NCBI GenBank assembly: GCA_902563505.1
Contig: CACEXK010000002.1
Location: forward strand, 2,438 to 66,437
DNA length: 64,000 bases
Origin: an uncultured Alphaproteobacteria bacterium
GTDB lineage: Bacteria > Pseudomonadota > Alphaproteobacteria > Methylaequorales > Methylaequoraceae
Reading direction: 5' to 3'
The position numbers and the translations under genes are program-made. Shown here piece by piece: positions 62,388-64,000 of this stretch. The notes beneath the pieces were generated by a model that worked only from the letters and a program-made list of their open reading frames with translations, was not told the DNA's origin and did no database searches. How positions within the stretch are numbered: the stretch's first letter is position 1; every line of letters starts with the position of its first letter.

Positions 62388-64000
62388 TTTCTGGTTTACT
62401 ATTTTTCTTTTTATCCTCTTCCAGGGCAGCGCCGATTATTTCACCAATACTAGCTCCGGAAGATGAAGATCCATATTCTTTTAAAGCCTGTTTTTCTTCC
62501 TGAATTTCTAAATCTTTTATTGATAATTCATATAACTGATTTTTGTTAGGTTTTTTTGTAACTTTGGCATCAATCTTTTCTTTAAGTGCAAATCTCTCTG
62601 TATTTTGCTCTGATTTAGTTTTTGCAAGATTAGTTTTTTTAATGAAACCCTTGTTTTCTCCATTAAACACAACTTCAATTTTATCTTTATCAATTTTTTC
62701 GATAACTCCAGTAACAATTTTTCCAACTAATTTATCGGTAGTAGATTTATCTTTTGTTAGCTGCTTAATACCTAAAGAAACTCTTTCTTTTTCTAGGTCG
62801 ATTTCTAATATTTTAAATTTTACAGAATCATCGACTTTAAATTTCTTTATTTCTTCTTCACCAGAGTCATCCCATGATATATCTGATAAATGAATTAAAC
62901 CATCAAGGTCATTTGATAGCTCAACGAAAATACCAAAATCTGTTATATTTTTAACTTTACCCTCAGCAATATCTCCTTTTTTATTTTTTTCTGAAAAAAT
63001 CTTCCAAGGATTTTCCATACATTGTTTCCTACCAAGACTAATTCTTCTCTTGATATTATCGATCTCAAGAATCATTACTTCAACCTCATCTCCAGGTTTA
63101 AGCAATGAGTTTGGATTTACATTTTTATTTACCCAACTCATTTCTGAGGAATGGATTAAGCCCTCCACACCTTTGGCCAGTTCAACAAAAGCTCCATAGT
63201 CTGCAACACTTGATATCTTAGATTTGATTTTAGAACCAACTTTATATTCTTTTTCTACATTCTTCCAAGGATCCTCGGAAAGTTGTTTGAGCCCAAGACT
63301 AATCCTATTATTTTCTTTGTCATGTTTGGTTACCACAACCTCTATTTCTTCTCCAACATTGAATTTTTCTGAAGGATGATTCACCCTTTCCCAAGATAGG
63401 TCAGTGACATGTATTAGTCCATCTAAGCCTCCTAAATCAACAAAAATTCCATAATCAGTAATATTTTTAATAGTTCCCTTTAACTTATCTCCTTCATTTA
63501 TATCTGATAAGAGCTTACTTCTGTCTGCTTTTCTTGATTCTTCAAGTAAAGCTCTTCTTGAAACTACGATATTACCTCTCAGCTTATCCATTTTTAGAAT
63601 TACCATTGGTTGGGGTTTGTTGAGAAGAGGTGAAATATCTTTAATTGGTTTTAGATCAACTTGACTACCAGGAAGAAAAGCTACTGCACCACTAATATCT
63701 ACAGCATAACCACCTTTTACTCTTCCAGTAATAATTCCAGTTATTTGTTGTTTTGCGTCTTGAAGTTTTTCTAAATTACTCCAGGATTCTTCTTTTCTAG
63801 CTCTTTCTCGGCTAAGCATTGCCTCACCTTCTTTATTTTCAAGTTTTTCAAGGTATACATCGTATTTATCTCCAATATTTACACTGTGATCTTCTCCAGG
63901 GGAATGAAATTCTTTTAATGGTATTCTTCCTTCTGATTTAAGGCCAACATCAACAACCACTGTATCATTGTTAACAGCCATAACTGTACCTTTAATTATC
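62374..64000 (-). CDS. rpsA: 30S ribosomal protein S1 (5' truncated by window)
   Basis: DVGLKSEG, AFLPGSQVD, repeated S1 domains (DYG.FV.L..G..GL.H.S..SW), YGS..SGASIG. Confidence 0.98.
   Translation of the reverse strand, partial: IIKGTVMAVNNDTVVVDVGLKSEGRIPLKEFHSPGEDHSVNIGDKYDVYLEKLENKEGEAMLSRERARKEESWSNLEKLQDAKQQITGIITGRVKGGYAVDISGAVAFLPGSQVDLKPIKDISPLLNKPQPMVILKMDKLRGNIVVSRRALLEESRKADRSKLLSDINEGDKLKGTIKNITDYGIFVDLGGLDGLIHVTDLSWERVNHPSEKFNVGEEIEVVVTKHDKENNRISLGLKQLSEDPWKNVEKEYKVGSKIKSKISSVADYGAFVELAKGVEGLIHSSEMSWVNKNVNPNSLLKPGDEVEVMILEIDNIKRRISLGRKQCMENPWKIFSEKNKKGDIAEGKVKNITDFGIFVELSNDLDGLIHLSDISWDDSGEEEIKKFKVDDSVKFKILEIDLEKERVSLGIKQLTKDKSTTDKLVGKIVTGVIEKIDKDKIEVVFNGENKGFIKKTNLAKTKSEQNTERFALKEKIDAKVTKKPNKNQLYELSIKDLEIQEEKQALKEYGSSSSGASIGEIIGAALEEDKKKNSKPENEKK

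Overview
A 64 kb stretch of dense, very AT-rich core chromosome from a streamlined alphaproteobacterium. Gene order and protein style suggest a marine, Rhodospirillales/Rickettsiales-like lineage; the taxonomy is inference. Main blocks: metK-trmB-nusA-infB-rbfA-truB-rpsO-pnp; a cysK/Rrf2/dut/coaBC/ubiE block; rpsT-rhodanese-dnaA-dnaN-recF-gyrB; PBP1A; a mixed accessory stretch at about 26-40 kb (SCO, degenerate tetrapyrrole methylase, ankyrin, CbiX, uxs-hldE-cbbY, CobC-like, FkbM, tRNA-Arg, POT transporter, Ogt); polA; a regulatory PTS cluster; ahcY; tsaE-amgK-murU-ExoI-trxA; and rpsA-sppA-ihfB-lapA-pyrF-trpFBA-accD-folC. I saw no CRISPR array, integrase, transposase or rRNA. Most notable: a tRNA-Arg with a UCG anticodon; an HPr-Enzyme I fusion; an Fe-S flavoprotein where fabA/B/I often sit (FabX/FabK-like hypothesis); Exonuclease I in the usual addAB slot; a structured intergenic element with an exposed anti-SD and an antisense 18-aa ORF; a lipoprotein hydrolase with no canonical start codon; a homopolymer-frameshifted lapA; and head-to-head overlapping genes. 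All functional calls come from motif recognition by eye, with no database searches.
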